Of a stretch of 64,000 nt of DNA, positions 10,701-22,700 are shown piece after piece. The position numbers and the translations under genes are program-made. The notes below the pieces were generated by a model, which saw only the letters and a list, made by a program, of their open reading frames with translations, had not been told where the DNA came from and did not search any database. Within the stretch, counting starts at the first letter, position 1. Every line of letters begins with the position of its first letter. The DNA comes from Macrostomum lignano (taxonomy: Eukaryota). The stretch lies in NCBI GenBank assembly GCA_002269645.1, contig NIVC01003397.1:35824-99823 (forward strand), in the 5' to 3' direction.

Positions 10701-13700
10701 GTACCCGAGGTTCGCAGTGAAAAACATGGAATCAATTTATTACGACGAAGCCACAGCCGCTGTAGACCAGCTCATGAGCAATCTGGAGGCCGTGCCCGTG
10801 CATATAGGCAACTCCGACACCAGTGAGCGTCATCTTGGGTTGCCTCATCACCACCAGACCCCACTGACGCTTAAACAGAAATGCAAGCGCCAAATTAGGG
10901 GCCTTGCTGGTGAACCTGAGGGAGGATTTTTGAACTACAGCCGAGCCAGTATACAGTTGAACTTCTGCATTGAGGTAAGCTTTTTATTTAAGACTATGCA
11001 AAAAGCTGAGTGGGAAGGCTCGTACAGATTTATATACTCGATTTCTAAAGATAATGAATGTTTGAATTTTAGAAATATGATGACGAAAATTTGAGAAGGT
11101 TATTAAAGTGCGCTACAACAGTTCCCCCACGGAGACGGAGTCCCTAAGTGCGCTACACACTGGCCTCTTTCTTTATATGAATCTCAACTCTTTCAGAACT
11201 CCAGAATCCCTAGAGCACCGAGCATAAAAATCATTTCGACGCAGTTTCCCTATGTATAAAATTCTCTGGTCCTCAGAGCAATTAAATTCGTACGCAGCAC
11301 TTGTCAAGAATAGTTGAAGTCGGTTGCACAGAAAACAAAGCTTAAGCATCCTTAATAGCATTGCATAAATTTTATACATATACTCAGCAACATTAAAAAT
11401 AAAAGATAAAAGAGTGATAATAATATTTTTAATTTTTGCTGATTTTCAAATCCATCAAAATCTAATCAAATCTCAAAATGTGAAATTAAACACTTGGTTT
11501 AGTCTTCTTAGGCAGCCACCGTGTTTACTTAACGAAAAATTTACTATGCTTGAGTATGTTTTGACTTCTGGCTGTGGGGCAATTTTTCCTTGGCTGATTG
11601 AAAGTAGACCAGAATTACTCAGAACATCCATACCATCGAATGCCTTAAGGCCTGATACTGCTTTACTGATGCCACGCTTATCGTGTAAAGGACATCATCA
11701 TGCGAAAAAATCTGTACAAGATTGAGCAACAGAATCGAAAACCGCTGTGGCAATGAACGCTCAAAGTTTTGCAAAAAGTACATTAAGAGCGGGAAGTAGC
11801 AGACGAGTCACTATGAGAAGCATGATCTAGCATGTTTGATGATTGCAAATGGCTCAGGCGGAGTGAATGCCTCCGGCTCTGCTAAGCGAGTGGGACTGTA
11901 AAGCGGGCAGAGAAAATCCAATGCAATTTTCCGACCTTCCACCCAGAAAATTTTATATTGCAGAGAGGCTTAGAAAATGTGCAGCGCTTGAAACTGTGTA
12001 CTTTTCTGAGCTAAACCGAGCTTTGCACGGCTTTCGTGCGATAGAGTCGTCTAGTCGTTATTTTTACTGACAAACTTTACTTATGACTCATACGCAGTAT
12101 CTCGGCTTGAATTTTCCTAGCAGGAGTAACTGTATGTTTAGAATTTTTGTATTTTTGTCCCAGTAGAGACGAGATGGTTCTTTATGAATCCGTTGCCTTT
12201 TAACCTACCGTTTTGACTTTGGGCTCCTTTTCAATATTGCTACGGTTACAGAAGGGTGTGATTTAAAGAGATTCAAGCATAGTACTGACTGAAATTAATG
12301 TTAAAAATTATGAAGAGAAAGGATTCCATCCAAGTGGCACTAAGGCTTATTAATATAGGTGCTTGGAGTGTTGATTCTCGCTAAAAAGTAATATGAAACA
12401 TATTTAGCTCGTATGTGGCTCGAGGAACGAGGAACGAGAAACCTTAGAGGAACGATTACGAGATTAAGAGGAACCTCAGTTTCTGAAATCAATCGCCAAT
12501 GCCATTTAACCTATTAGAGTTGTATAATAATAAATTATTATTATTTATCTATTTATTTACTATTGCGCTAATAAATGTCTTAATATCTATCCAAACTATC
12601 AAACCAATTTCATCCACCCCGTCTTGCGTCAATAAAAACGAAAAATACTCCTTTGACAGGTAGTAGTGTGCGAGGTGCGCAACTTAAAGTGCGTCCCTGG
12701 AAACCGCATTGTGTACTGCACTATGGAACTGGATGGCAGTGAGAAGTTTCAGACGGATCAAGCAGAAGCCTCGCGGGCTATGTGGGATACTCAAGCCGAT
12801 TTTACCACGTCTCAACCTCTGCCCACCATCAAAGTGAAGCTCTTCGCCGAGAGCTCACGGATGCTGAGCCTGGAGGACAAAGAACTGGGCAAGGTTAGAC
12901 TACTAATACTAAATTAGATGTACTATAGAATTTTGCGGTCAAGTTGGTAGTTCGAGCTTTTAAATTGGACATAGAGCTAGCCTCTCATCAACAAGCTATC
13001 TTGAGATGCGGCCGATGTCAATGACTTATGAAATGCATACCCATGCCCAGAGACCTCTTAATCACTCGGGATGGGAAACTGTCAAGTCTCAAGTTGCTGC
13101 GGAGCCTCCATTTCGCAGTGATCGTCATCTCACTAGGCGATGCAGCTGTAAATAGAAAATTCGTCATTGCCCGACTATTGCCTCCAGGCTACCATCTGAC
13201 ATCAAAGTCAATTCAAAGAAGCATTATTTAAAATACGAGCTGTTCGCAAGCTTTATTTGCCTCTAGCCGGCGCACGTATTGCTTGCCCTTTGTAATACTG
13301 TTAGTCTTCGGCTCTTAAAGAAATAAAAGATTGTACCCTAGACTATAGACAAAAGAAGGAAAGCATTAGTGCATTTTCTAAACCAAAAGTCCATACACAA
13401 CATTCCCCCCTTTGTCAATTAATATCTCAACCGGTCCGGTTTCTGCAATTTGTCTCTGTCCCTCAGTCGTCTAGGTTCTTTAGCCGATGTGTCAGTGCTC
13501 TTGCCACGAGTTCCGTCTGAGTCGGTTGTCTGTGGTTCGTCTTGCACGGGCACGCTTTGGGCTGCTGGATTTGAGATGTCCTCACTCTGCATTTGCTCAC
13601 GAGCCAAGTCAGTCTGATCGTCCTGATGCTTCTTCATGATTGGTGGAATTCGGGTGGGAAGAACGTCTGTCTTGACAATTTGATCAACGTGCCTCTTCCA

Positions 13701-16700
13701 GATTTGCCCGTTGACCTGCAGTCTGTAAGACATTGGTCCTGTGCGGGTGACCACCTCGGCAGGAATCCATCTGTTCTCTTTCTCCCTTCTGAAATCCAGC
13801 GTCAGAACTTCTTCTCCCTCCTGAAACTCCCTCGGCGACGCTCCTCTATGGCTTTGTCGTTCGGTCACATCAGTCTGCTTATCCAGTACTTTTGAGTAGG
13901 TATCCGGCCTAAGAAAGTCCAATTGAGTCCGGCGCTTGTAGCACAGCATCATTTCAGCTGGCGTCCTACCAGATGTAGAGTGAGGTGTAGGGCCTACTTC
14001 TGTATCTGAACAAGAAGTTCTGCATATTCAGTATTGGGTCTCCATGCGTTTTGATTCCGGCTTTAATAGCAGACTTCGCAGTCTGGACCATCCTTTCGCT
14101 AAGTCCATTAGTACGCGGATGTCCAACAGCCGTTAAAATTTGACGAATATTATTTCGCTTCAAAAACGCACGAAACTCAGATGAGCAGAACTGACTACCG
14201 TTGTCACTTAAGACTTGCTGAGGAATTCCGAACCTTGTGAAAGTATCTCGCAAATTGTCTTACTTGTAGTCGCATGTTTCATAGGAAAAATCTCTACCCA
14301 TTTGCTAGTTGCGTCGACAATGATAAGCCAGAAATATCCGTGAAATGGTCCCATGTAGTCCAGCTGGATTCTTGTCCATGGCTTCTCTGGCCAAACAAGA
14401 GGTTGTACAGGTACCTGTGCAGGTAAATTTCTTTGCAACTGGCAACCTTCACAGCTTCGGACTAGGTCTTCGATGGCACTATCGATTCCAGGGAACCAAA
14501 CATGCAGCCTAGCGATAGACTTCATAGCAACTATTCCAGGGTGTCCGTCGTGAAGCAACTCCAGAATCATTCGTTGCACACTCCTTGGAATAACGACGCG
14601 CAGTCCCCAGAAAATCACTCCTTGCTCGATACAAAGCTCATTTCTTTTACGAAAATACTGTTCCAAGCCTGGCTCACTTGTTTCTGGCCAGCCGTTTTGG
14701 CAGTAGTGAACGACTTTTCGAAGTTCTGCGTCCTTCCGTGTCGCGGTTCTAATCGTCTCTGCCGTGATCGGTAGCATCTCAAGTCTGACTTCCAGAATTT
14801 TGTCACATGAGATGTTCTTGGCTCGATCTGGTAAGCGTGAAAGCGCGTCCGCATTTGAATGGTCCTCTGTCCTTCGAAATTTGATTGTGTATTGGTGGGC
14901 GGACAGAAGTACGGCCCAACGCTGAAGACGACTTGCTGCAATGCTAGGGATATCCTTTTTGTCTCCAAAGATGGTTAGGAGCGGCTTATGGTCCGTCACA
15001 AGCACGAAATGATGTCCAAACAGGTACTGGTGGAACCTTTTTACTCCGAATACTATGGCCAGCGCTTCCTTCTCCAACTGCGAGTAGTTAATCTCCGGCT
15101 TTGATAGCGTCCTCGAAGCAAAGGCAACTGGCCTTTCATCACCATTCGGCATCACGTGCGAGATGACACATCCGATTCCATACTTTGAAGCATCCCTTTG
15201 TAGAACGAGCTGCTTCTTCGGATCGAAATGCGCTAGCACTCGGTCAGATGTCAGCGTTTTCTTCACCCTGTCAAATGCAGCGTTGCACTCCTCACTCCAG
15301 TGAAACTCCGATTCCTTGCACAACAGTCGATTGAGCGGTACCAGAATCGACGACAGATTCGGGATGAACTTCACGTAGTAGGTTATCATTCCAATTAGAG
15401 AGCGAACTTCGGTTGCATTTGTTGGTGCCGGTGCATTGTGAATTGCCTCAACTTTCTCGTTTGATGGGTGAAGTCCATTTTCGTCAATAACGTATCCGAG
15501 GAATGCAATCTTGTTGAGACGAAATTCACACTTCTTTCTGTTTAAATGCACGTCATAATCTGAAAGGCGCTCCAACACGGCGTTCAACCTATTATCATGG
15601 TCTTCCAGACTGGTTCCAGGCACCAGAATATCATCTATATATACAACGACGTCCAGGCCCTGCAGTATTTTCTCCATGGCCTCCTGAAACTGAGCCGGTC
15701 CGGATGCCAGTTCCATGGTGAGTCGGTTATACTGAAACAGACCGAGATGAGTGTTGATAGTGGTAAACCTTCTACAGGATTCTTCCCACTCAAGCTGCTC
15801 AACTCAACTCAACTCAACTCAACTCAATTCTTCCAACTCTCGCAACTGGCTTGCGAGATGTCCAGTTTGGTAAAATATTTCCCGCCATTTAATGTTGCAA
15901 AAATTTCTTCTGGTCGTGGCAGAGGATACTTATCGACCTCTAACTGTGGATTGACTGTCCTTTTAAAGTCAGCGCAAATTCTCACTGATTTTTCATCGCG
16001 CTTGAGAACAGGAACGATTGGCGATGCGAAATCCGATGCCTTCACCTTCGTGATGATTCCTTGGGCTTTCAAACTCTTGAGCTTGTCCTCAATGAGACCT
16101 TTGATTGCAAATGGAACTGGCCGACTTTTGAAATACTTTGGTATTGAATTCTCCTTCAGCACTATATTGGCCTTCAATCCTTTAATGGTTCACAATGTCT
16201 CAGCAAACACTTGCTCATGCCTCCTTACCAATATATCCATAGGCTGGACTAATGTGGTCACGTTCACACTCGCAAACTTGTCCCAGTCAATCTTGATCTT
16301 AGAAAGCCAGTCGCGTCCAAGCAGATTTACTCGTTCTCCTTTGACAATTAGTACAGGCAATTGGTAAAGCCTGACGTTGTGGCTAACCACGTCGATTGTT
16401 GCTTCACTTAATACTGGGATTGAGTGATCCGTGTAGCTGGACAACCTTACGGTAGTCCTTAAAAGCTTCAGGCCTAGTTGCTTGCTGGTCTTCTCGTTGA
16501 TCAGGGTTTTATCCGCACCAGTATCCACTTGAAATCTTACAGCTTTTCCGTTCAGTTCCAGTTCGCACTCGTATGGTGGAGAAGTGACATGCGCGACCTG
16601 TCCAGTCGAGCACACTGTCCTGACCTCGAAGCACTCCCTGTGGTGTCCCTGACTCGTACAGTTTGAGTCCCTGCTGTGTGAGCTGGTTGAACTAGCTTCG

Positions 16701-19700
16701 TCATGTGCATAGTGCACTCTGCCGTGTCTCTTATGTCTGGACGAGCTGAGTTTCTTTTGCTTTCCACCTCCGGAATCTTTAGTCCTGTCCTTTGTGCGGC
16801 AGGCATCACTTTTATGTCCCACTCGACCGCACTTGCTGCACGTCTTGCTACGGTAGGGGCAGTTCTTTGCCAAGTGATCTTGTGCATTGCAGCGGAAGCA
16901 TCCAGATTGATTGCTTCTGTTGTTCTTCTCGGACAAGCCGTCTGTAAGATTTTTACTGGCTCTCGAAGACTTCACCGCCTGGATTGCACCGGTTGACGAA
17001 ATCGTCACCACACCTCTTTCCGCTGCTTCCATCGCAGTCGCAAGGGTAAGTGCTCCAGTTAGTGTCAGTGTGTCTTCTTGCAACATACGCTGCTGTGTCA
17101 GGCGATTCCTTAGGCCGACAACGAACCTGTCTCTCAGTGCCTCGTCCAAGAATTCATTAAAACCGCACGTGGCAGCCAACTTTCGCAGACTTGCGATGAA
17201 ATCGCTCAAATTTTCTCCTTCATGTTGGGCTCTGCTGTGGAAGTTGAATCTCTCGACAAATCTTAGGCCTTGGGTTAAAATGCTCCCTCAGGGCCTTGAC
17301 TTGATCGTCGAAGTTCACATCCTTGGGCTTCTTTGGTGACAGCAGGTTGCGGAGCAATTGATAGCAGTCATTATCAATCACTGCAATCAGATTTGCTCGC
17401 TTATGTGCCTCCTCGGTCACTTTGTTTACGACGAGAAACTGCTCGAGTCGTTCTTCATAAGCTTCCCATTGCTCCGGTTTAGCCACGTCGAACTCTCCGA
17501 TTTTTACACTCGTCGCCATTGTTGTGTCCTGTTCTTCTTCTTCTATACCGACTATTGCCTCCAGGCTACCATCTGACATCAAAGTCACTTCAAAGAAGCA
17601 TTATTTAAAATACGAGCTGTTCACAAGCTTTATTTGCCTCTAGCCGGCGCACGTCTTGCTTGACCTTTTAACAGTGTTGTTGGGCATAAGTGAAATTTAT
17701 CTAGTCCAAGTGCTCCTACCACTGAGCGAAGTGAGTTTGATTTAGTCGCTTCAATTAGCTTGCAGCCATAGACGGTGAATTCAATATAGTCGTTTTTAGC
17801 GCCCGCAACGAGATCGTGACTTTTATTTAGTCAAAGTGAAATGAATATGGTCAACGAGATCGTAAACTTTCATAAAAGGCGCAAAAACACATAAGATGTG
17901 TAAGATGTAAGATGTAAGATGTAAGGTGTAAGATGTAAGATGTAAGGTGTAAGATGCAATGGCAGCACACAACTAGTGACCGTCAGGCAAACAAAACTGT
18001 TCAGTGTTCAATTAGGCAACGATGTCCTCCATGGCTATGCAGCGCGGTACATAGCGCAGACTTTCTCGGTGCCAGGCTTCGCAGTGCAGCTGTGTAACTG
18101 CGCTCATACAGTCTTCCAGTTCACGCTCCAGAATGCGTGCGCGGTGTTCCTGCAGCGTAATGCCTAACGCGGCAGCTGCATTCCTATCGCCAATTTGCCG
18201 TTGCAACTCCACTCGGGAGAGGGAGCGTTTCAGTGAAGCCTTCACTGCGGCGATTGCGCGCTCCGTCATGTTCAGAAACGGGGAGTAAGGTGGGAGAGGT
18301 CTGTATTCTTGCTCTTCGCCCATGGCAGGCGGGTCCCAATGGGCACGAGCATTGTCGTGCAGCAGACAGAAAGGTTCATCGACCAAGGCAGCTAGCTCAG
18401 CGAAAAATTCCGCAAACAGCTCGCGTGTCATTCCTCCGCGTACAATTTTCCAGTAGACGAGGCCACGCATCGGGCTCACGGCCAAACACATTGTCACGTT
18501 GCGCCCTCGTTGATTTGCAACGATTCTCACGGCACGAACCCCCTCTGCTGCACGTCCCTGCGTCCTTGCTGTCCACACATTGCATCCCATCTCGTCGCAG
18601 AACACTAGCAGCTTTCCCATTCCTTCGGTCATGAGCCATTTTGCGAACTCGCGTCGCTCGTGCTTGATGCGGTCAGCATTCCAGGCGTTTGGGATGGTGC
18701 GCAGGAGCTTCACCGTGATTAGCTGACCATCGAGTGCTCGGCTTATGGTTTGAATTGTGCATGCTTGCCAGTCGGGAAACGCCTGCATTAGATGTCTCCG
18801 CATGTCTTGTAGTGTCGCAGCTGGCGTGTCCGCCACAAATCCCACGAGAGCCTCGATCATCTCATCACTCAGAGCTTTCGGCTTGTTGCCTCCTCGCTTT
18901 TCCGCCTCGACACGACCAGTTCGCTCAAACTTAACGATAACATTCCTTGCAGACTGGCGCGGTATGTTGAGCTGTTCTGCCAGATTGAGCCAGTCCTCGT
19001 TGAGAACAAAGGCATTGACCAGCCTTCGCCTGTCTTGCTGCGAAACAGCGACTCGTCTCTGCGCTGCTGGAGCCTCCATGGAAAGAATTCTATGATTCAG
19101 CAAATTCTATAGCTATTAGCCAAACAAGAACTCTAAGCGGACTAAATAAATTTCACTACGACTAACTTTAAGTCACGGTAAGCTCAGCGCTAAGCAAGAG
19201 CGACCAAATATATTTCACTTTTCCTCAATCGTCTATGGCCAAAATCAACAGCTAGACTATATCAAACTCACTTCACTCAGTGGTAGGAACACTTGGACTA
19301 AATAAATTTCACTTATGCCCAACAACACTGTTAAAAGGTATTCACTGTTAGCCTTCGGCTCTTAAACAAATAAAAGATTGTACCCTAGACTATAGACAAA
19401 AGAAGGGAAGCATTAGTGCATTTTCTAAACCAAAAGTCCATACACAACAGACTGCTGCATTGATGGCGGCGAGCTTCAGCCCTCGATCCTTGACGACTCG
19501 ATCCTCACTGGTAAACTAGTGATATACATCAATTTTTTCGATCCGGTTCACAACTTGAAGAATATTTAGAATAATTTCCAGGCTAGAAAGACGTTTCTCT
19601 GTCCATCTTTTCCATCTGTTTTTCTGTGCAAGTGTGAGGTTTAGTTTCAGCATATTACATTTGTTATAGATTTTTTAACTAAGATAGGAAGCTGGAAAAA

Positions 19701-22700
19701 CAGTAAAGCTTTGATGTGCAGGGCTTTCAATATACTCAGCAACATCGAAAAGTCACCATCACAGAAGATTCCGTCTGTGGTCAACAATTTTGAGTACTGG
19801 AAAGTCTCTCAGTCTTTGCGAGGGACGCAGGAAAGCTCCATCTAAGGAAGGCGCAGAGGCGCAGAACTGTGCCTTTTTTGAGCTTTGAGTTAAGACCATA
19901 GAGTTAGATGAACACGCTCGTACGTGCATTTACCTGTCCTAATTGATGTCCGCGCCATAGACCTGGGCTGCATTTTAAGATAGATGGAAAGCTCTATGTC
20001 AAATTTAAAAGCCCGCACTCTGCAGTTCTAACTAGGCTGCAAAATTATGTGCTGTATTTCGTTTTATAATTTCTTTGTTCGATTTACGAAGATCTTTGTG
20101 TTAATAGATTTGAATTTTGAATTTAACTTGAATTATTTCTGCCTTTTTTCAGGTAGTTATAAAGCCTACCTGCACAAAAGCAAATGGTTGCGAATGGTAC
20201 AAAATGATAAGCAAAGACTGTTCGGACGATTTGAGCATAAAAATTATAGTGCACATGGAGAAGCCCTCGAATTTAAAACACTGTGGCTGGTTATGGGTTG
20301 CTGGCAGACATCTGTTTAAAAACTGGAAAAAGCGCTACATCTGCCTTATTCAGGTTTTCATTTCTTATTCTTTGTTTTCATTTTTTACGTCGAAAAGACG
20401 CTGGTTGCTAATGAGCTTTACTATCTTAATCTGCCTTCCTCAGGTTAGCCAGTACAACTTTGTTATGGCCTCATTTCACGAACGAAAGTCCGAGCCACAA
20501 GAGGTCATGTCTCTGAATGATTGCACCGTCGACTATCTTTTCGAGACACCGCCTGAGCTGCTGTCTTCCACATCGACCGCTGTTCACTACTTCTTTAGCA
20601 CCGTCCGCGAGGGCGATTCCGTGACGTACGCAGCGGAAGACGAGACCAGCCGTCAGCTGTGGGTTCAGGCCATCTACCGGGCTACTGGCCAGGCCCACAA
20701 GCCTCAGCCGCCTCAGGCTGCTGTTCAAACGGTCAATGTGACCACCGCTGCCGCTTCTGTTGTCCAGGCTCCGTCCTCATCCTCGCTGACCTCGGCAGTG
20801 TCAGCCACTCGACGAACTGTGTTGGACGAGCTTGTTTATGCAGATCTACGCCGGCTCGACCACGCTGCCCTTTTTCGCAGGCTTCAGTGCCTCACGTTGG
20901 AACATCGGCTGTCAGATCCTTACTGCAGCCTGGGTTGGCTCAGTCCTGGCCAGCTCTTTGTGCTGGATGAGTACTGCGCCAGATACGGCGTGCGCGGCTG
21001 CCTCAGACACATTTACTATCTAGAAAACTTACTCGATGCACAAGAAGCTCGCAACTTGACCATAGACCCGACTCTTATGCACTACAGCTTTGCCTTCTGT
21101 GCTTCCCACGTACATGGAAACAGGCAAGTTCACATCTTTATCGTGACGTAGATTCTTGGAACGCTTCTCTATCTATGCTTACATTTATTTATGTACTTTT
21201 TAATCTGCTACCCTCTGATATTTGGATACGTTCACATCTCAGTTTGCATCAATAGAACCTAAAGACACTTGACTACCTGCAGACCAGATGGCATTGGTAC
21301 GGTGCTGCAAGAGGAGCGTGCTCTCTTTGATAGAGTGAAATTGCGGCTGAGGCAGCTGCTAATGCAACAACTCACTGAGTTCCGTTTCTACTTTCCTTTC
21401 GGCCGTCCTGAGGGCGCACTGAAGGGCACCCTTTCCCTACTGGAGCGGGTAAGGTCTCATTTCAAAAAAGCTGTGTCAGCTGTATTTTTACTTTAGTTTT
21501 TGTGCTCAACCATTAGTGCTCATTCATTAGTTAGATTGAATGGGTCTTTGCTTTAGCAGCAAAGCTCATAAATCGTTTAAAGCTCATAAATCTGAGCTGC
21601 ACCTCCCTTGCATGCCATGTACATGTAGCCTGAATTTTAGGTACTAATTTGAAATACTCTTATACCTCAATGCAAGAGTTTTTCAACAGTCTCAAATAGC
21701 AGCGCGTTGTTATTAATAACTAGATTTTGCTTGAATATCTTTATAGGCTTATAGGCATACTTATCTAGTTTTTCAACCTACTGTTTGTAGTGTCTGTCTA
21801 TCGATTAGCTCGTACTCGCACTCCTCAGTCCCACCAGGCACCGGTCTTTGTCTAGCCGTACAGTCATCACTGTACGACCAATGCACGCACAAGTCCTATG
21901 CACAAGTCTGTCTGTCTGCACCCCGCACCCCCCACCAGCACAGGCCTGCCGGTTGTATTCCCCCAAGCGGGGAAGCACAGAGAAATAAATAAGGAACCCC
22001 GAGGCCTGGCGCCTCTGCAAGAATTAAGCTACGAAGCCAGATCGAGCTAGCCTGCGAGGCTCACACACACACACGCAAATAATCGAATTCTTATTCATTT
22101 GGAGTTAGACTCCACAGACTCCACTCCACAGAGGCGCCAGGCCTCGGGGTTCCTTATTTATTTCTCTGTGCTTCCCCGCTTGGGGGAATACAACCGGCAG
22201 GCCTGTGCTGGTGGGGGGTGCGGGTGCAGACAGACAGACTTGTGCATAGGACTTGTGCGTGCATTGGTCGTACAGTGATGACTGTACGGCTAGACAAAGA
22301 CCGGTGCCTGGTGGGACTGAGGAGTGCGAGTACGAGCTAATCGATAGACAGACACTACACTGTTGTCCGAAATTATTGTACTGCTGAGCTGCACTGACTC
22401 GACAAACGTACGAGCTACGGCCGGCCAAGCTTACATTCACTATGCAACCTATCTTTGTAATTGATTGTATGTGGTGCCGGAGTGCTGAGCTCAAGGCACT
22501 GCACTGACGAACTATGTAACCGATATTACGTGCACCAGCAACATGCACACTATCCTCTTCCGAAGTCTGCCCTGTCTGGAGGAAGTATCATAAAATAGGC
22601 TGTTTGCTAAGTGAAATAGATCTAAGAATTTCGTCAAACCCACGGCACGACAATATTATTAGTCTTTTTGTCACAAACGCCAAGCGTCAGCCTTACAATC

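Larger units (their letters stand above)
17664..19338 (-). mobile_element. IS630-Tc1-mariner DNA transposon with ~85-bp TIRs and internal repeated boxes
   Basis: CCTTTTAACAGTGTTGTTGGGCATAAGTGAAATTTAT... at 17664 and its reverse complement ending 19338, followed by TA; GGACTAAATAAATTTCACT recurs at 19139-19157 and 19295-19313. Confidence 0.9.
13171..19449 (-). mobile_element. Ty3/gypsy LTR retrotransposon (Mag-like), decayed, in CAPS intron 5
   Basis: Two LTR copies; PBS TGGCGACGAG (17518-17509) directly after the 5' LTR; PPT AAAGGGGGGAA (13413-13403); gag with two CCHC knuckles, then PR (VDTGA), RT (YIDD), RNase H and integrase in gypsy order. Confidence 0.93.
17520..19449 (-). repeat. 5' LTR (TGTTGT...ACAACA, ~260 bp) split by a Tc1-like insertion
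   Basis: LTR halves 19449-19339 and 17663-17520 flank the DNA transposon; inverted hexamer ends are present. Confidence 0.88.

Noticed and set aside
16190-16192. TGA between protease and RT as a programmed readthrough signal
   Set aside because: gag-pol recoding normally occurs before the protease; the element has several other lesions; a GGA-to-TGA change fits decay.
15597-16367. Long antisense ORFs over the gypsy, Tc1, CAPS and YR coding regions (e.g. 15597-16367, 16911-17339, 37000-37683)
   Set aside because: These are shadow ORFs opposite real coding frames.
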